From an uncultured Candidatus Rokubacteria bacterium (GTDB lineage: Bacteria; Methylomirabilota; Methylomirabilia; Rokubacteriales; CSP1-6), in contig CAVYTA010000006.1 in NCBI GenBank assembly GCA_963771355.1, positions 672,001 to 736,000 of the forward strand: a DNA stretch of 64,000 nucleotides. The letters run 5' to 3'. Positions 61,424-64,000 of the stretch are shown in pieces; within the stretch, counting starts at the first letter, position 1; each line of letters starts with the position of its first letter. The notes under the pieces were generated by a model. It made no database searches and was not told the origin of the DNA. It saw only the letters and a program-made list of their open reading frames with translations. The translations under genes were made by a program, and so were the position numbers.

Positions 61424-63295
61424 TCACCGGTCGAGCCACACGCGCGCCCACTCCTCCAGGCAGAGCACCGCCCAGAGCAGGGTGGCCCGGTCCCGATGGC
61501 CGGACCGGTGCTCCTCGAGCAGGCGGGCCACCGCGTCCGTGTCGAGCAGACCCCGCCGCCGCGTGCGGCTGTCGAGCAGCACCTCGCGCGCGTGATCTCC
61601 CAGCTCGGCGCGGAACCATCGGGCAAGCGGAACGCCAAAGCCCATCTTCGGCCGATGGAGCACGTCGTGCGGCAGCGCGTCGGCCATCGCGTGCTTGAAG
61701 ATGGCCTTGCCGCCCGCATCCGAGAGCTTGAGCGCGGTCGGCATGGTGGCCACGTACTCCATCAGCACGTGGTCCAGCAGCGGCACCCGGGCCTCGAGGG
61801 AGACGAGCATGCTGGTGCGATCCACCTTGGTGAGGATGTCCTCCGGCAGATAGGTCTCGATGTCGATACGCTGCATGGCGGCGACGTAGTCGTGGGCCGC
61901 GGCGGCGCCGGCATGGGCTCGGAAGCGGTCGGGGCCGAGCCCCGGCATCACCGAATCCCGTACGTCGGCCCCGAGCAGGCCGCGCAAGGCGCCGATGCGG
62001 CCCCCCGTCATGATCTGGTAGTAGCGGTCCACGGGATCGGCGCCGAGGAGGGCGAGGTAACCCTGGCCCCGCGCGCCGGAGGGGAGCAGCCGCCCGCCGA
62101 GGGCCAGGAACGGCCGCACCAGGCGCCCGGGCCCGCGGTCCAACCCGCGGTGCAGCGCCAGGGCCCGCGCATAACGCGTATAGCCCGCGAAGTTCTCATC
62201 GCCTCCGTCGCCCGACAGCCCCACCGTCACGTGCTCCCGGGTGATCTTGGACACGTAGTAGGTCGGCAGGGCGGAGGAGTCCGCGAAGGGCTCGTCGAAC
62301 TGCCAGGCCAGCCGCGGAAGCGCCTCCAGCGCATCCGGTTTCACCACGAACTCGTAGTGGTCGGTGTGATAGCGCTGCGCCACCTGTCGCGCGTAGCCGA
62401 CCTCGTCGAAGGCCTCGTCCTCGAAGCCGATGGAGAAGGTGCGCACCGGGCCCTGGGCGGCCCGGGCCATGAGGGCGACCACGCTGCCGGAGTCCACGCC
62501 GCCGCTGAGGAAGGCGCCGATGGGCACGTCACTCACCAGATGGCTCTGCACGGCGTCCGCGAGCTGGGCGCGGAGACCTTCGATCCACTCCGCCTCGCCG
62601 CGGCCGGCTTCCGGGCGGAACTCGAGCTGCCAGTACCGTCGAATCACGGGCTCGCCGCCGTCCGCGTCGAGGAGGAGATACGAGGCGGGGGGGAGCTTGC
62701 GAATGCCCCGGAAAATCGTCTTCGGGCTCGGGATGTAGAGGAAGGTCAAATAGTCGCGCAGGGCCTCGGAGTCCAGCTCGCGGGCGAGATCGGGGTCCTG
62801 GAGCAGAGCCTTCAGCTCGGAGGCGAAGAGCAGGCGCCGGCCATTCCAGGCGTAGACCAGCGGCTTGATGCCCGCCCGGTCCCGCGCGAGGAAGAGACGC
62901 CGGCGGCGCGCGTCCCAGAGCGCGAAGGCGAACATGCCCCGCAAGTGGCCGACGCAGTCGGGACCGAAGGCCTCGTACGCCTTGATGATCACCTCGGTGT
63001 CCGAGGCGGTGCGAAACCGGTAGCCCCGGGACTCGAGCTCACGGCGGAGCTCACGGTAGTTGTAGATCTCCCCGTTGAACGTGATCCACACGCTCGCATC
63101 GTCGTTGGACATGGGCTGCTCGCCGGTAGCGAGGTCGATGATGGAGAGCCGCCGATGCCCGAGGCCGACGCGGCCGTCCTCGTGATGCCCATCTCCGTCC
63201 GGTCCGCGGTGGGCAAGGATCCCGGTCATGGCTCGGAGCAGCCGCGAGTCGGCGAGACGTCCGGGCTCGGCGAGCATTCCCGCGATGCCACACAT
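61424..63295 (-). CDS. asnB: Second asparagine synthase-like amidotransferase
   Basis: MCGIAG, HRGPDG, FNGEIYN, LSGGVDS, DEPFADSS and KVDRTSM. Confidence 0.92.
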   Translation of the reverse strand: MCGIAGMLAEPGRLADSRLLRAMTGILAHRGPDGDGHHEDGRVGLGHRRLSIIDLATGEQPMSNDDASVWITFNGEIYNYRELRRELESRGYRFRTASDTEVIIKAYEAFGPDCVGHLRGMFAFALWDARRRRLFLARDRAGIKPLVYAWNGRRLLFASELKALLQDPDLARELDSEALRDYLTFLYIPSPKTIFRGIRKLPPASYLLLDADGGEPVIRRYWQLEFRPEAGRGEAEWIEGLRAQLADAVQSHLVSDVPIGAFLSGGVDSGSVVALMARAAQGPVRTFSIGFEDEAFDEVGYARQVAQRYHTDHYEFVVKPDALEALPRLAWQFDEPFADSSALPTYYVSKITREHVTVGLSGDGGDENFAGYTRYARALALHRGLDRGPGRLVRPFLALGGRLLPSGARGQGYLALLGADPVDRYYQIMTGGRIGALRGLLGADVRDSVMPGLGPDRFRAHAGAAAAHDYVAAMQRIDIETYLPEDILTKVDRTSMLVSLEARVPLLDHVLMEYVATMPTALKLSDAGGKAIFKHAMADALPHDVLHRPKMGFGVPLARWFRAELGDHAREVLLDSRTRRRGLLDTDAVARLLEEHRSGHRDRATLLWAVLCLEEWARVWLDR

Positions 63296-63296
63296 G

Positions 63297-64000
63297 TCAG
63301 GCTCCTCTCGCCGTCGGCGTGAGCGCCGCGGAGACGGTGCGCGACCCCGCAGGGGGTGGCGGCGTGGATCGGTGGAAGGCCTGGCCCAGCAGGTGAAGGC
63401 CGGCGCGAAGCGCGGGCACCGGATCGGCCAGCGTCCACCAGGCGAACGACCGCGCGCGCGACAGCGAGCGGAGCCAGTGCCAGAGCCCGGCTCGGCCGGC
63501 GCGCCGGGTCCGGAGGAACCAGCCGAGGTCCTCCTTGACGCTCACCCAGTGTACCCCGTCGCGCTGGCCTGCGGGCGGAGGCGGATCGATGCCGAGCAGA
63601 TCGAGGTAGGCCAGGTGCGCCAGATTGACGCCGGCGTCGGCAAAGAGGCCGTTGTACCAGGGCAGACGCGGGTTCAGCTCGATGAAGTAATATCGCCCAT
63701 TCTTCGCCTGATACTTGAACTCGAGGGACGCCAGCCCCCGGTATCCCAGGGCGGCGAGCAGCCGGTGGCTCGGCGCCACGATGGCGGGATTCGCCTCGGT
63801 GCGGCCGAGGCTGGTAATGCCGAAGCCGGGCGGGTACTGATGGATCTTCCGGACGCAGGCAAAGTCGCGGACGTCGCCGTCCGTCCGGACCAGGGTGGTG
63901 AACTGGAAGATCGCATCGTCGGGCCCCTCGACGATCTCTTGCCAGATGCTCGCCCCGAGAAGGCCGGGATGCCGGGCGTACAGCGCCAGCAGCGCCTCCG
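63297..64000 (-). CDS. ATP-grasp carboxylate-amine ligase (D-aspartate-ligase-like), 5'-truncated by window edge
   Basis: QEIVEGPDD, RKIHQYPPGFG, GYRGLASLEFK..YYFIELNPR and AGVNL..LAY.D. Confidence 0.82.
   Translation of the reverse strand, partial: EALLALYARHPGLLGASIWQEIVEGPDDAIFQFTTLVRTDGDVRDFACVRKIHQYPPGFGITSLGRTEANPAIVAPSHRLLAALGYRGLASLEFKYQAKNGRYYFIELNPRLPWYNGLFADAGVNLAHLAYLDLLGIDPPPPAGQRDGVHWVSVKEDLGWFLRTRRAGRAGLWHWLRSLSRARSFAWWTLADPVPALRAGLHLLGQAFHRSTPPPPAGSRTVSAALTPTARGA

Overview
High-GC bacterial window. Lineage is inferred, not proven, to be Candidatus Rokubacteria/Methylomirabilota-like, from the style of the GAF-kinase, ABC-binding-protein and small hypothetical gene fragments. 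It has four parts. (1) 1-5.9 kb: housekeeping genes acpS, nnr, tsaE, a VanZ-like gene, radC and pyrD. (2) About 6.0-28.6 kb: an integration hotspot around one tRNA-Val(CAC) gene (26226-26301). A 14.4-kb satellite-like element is bounded by a 42-bp duplication of the 5' half of the tRNA. It carries an integrase, two excisionase-like HTHs, a primase-DnaB helicase fusion, a large terminase, scaffold-like ORFs and variable cargo, but no recognisable portal, capsid or tail. Decayed tandem copies of the same family lie upstream (about 6.0-11.9 kb), and a 2.3-kb integrase-less islet bounded by a 13-bp copy of the tRNA 3' end lies downstream. (3) 28.7-43 kb: patatin, PrsT-like TPR lipoprotein, DevBCA-like exporter, exosortase-associated N-acyltransferase, PaaK-like ligase, a sigma54-driven VPLP-type CTERM protein, a Mur ligase-peptidyl-tRNA hydrolase fusion and a beta-helix protein. 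(4) 43-64 kb, minus strand: an exosortase/PEP-CTERM exopolysaccharide locus (prsK, exosortase, epsI, prsR, glycosyltransferases, three AsnB-like amidotransferases, ATP-grasp ligase). Many single-base frameshifts also hit host genes, which suggests long-read indel error, so pseudogene calls are uncertain. All family assignments come from motif recognition by eye; no searches were run.
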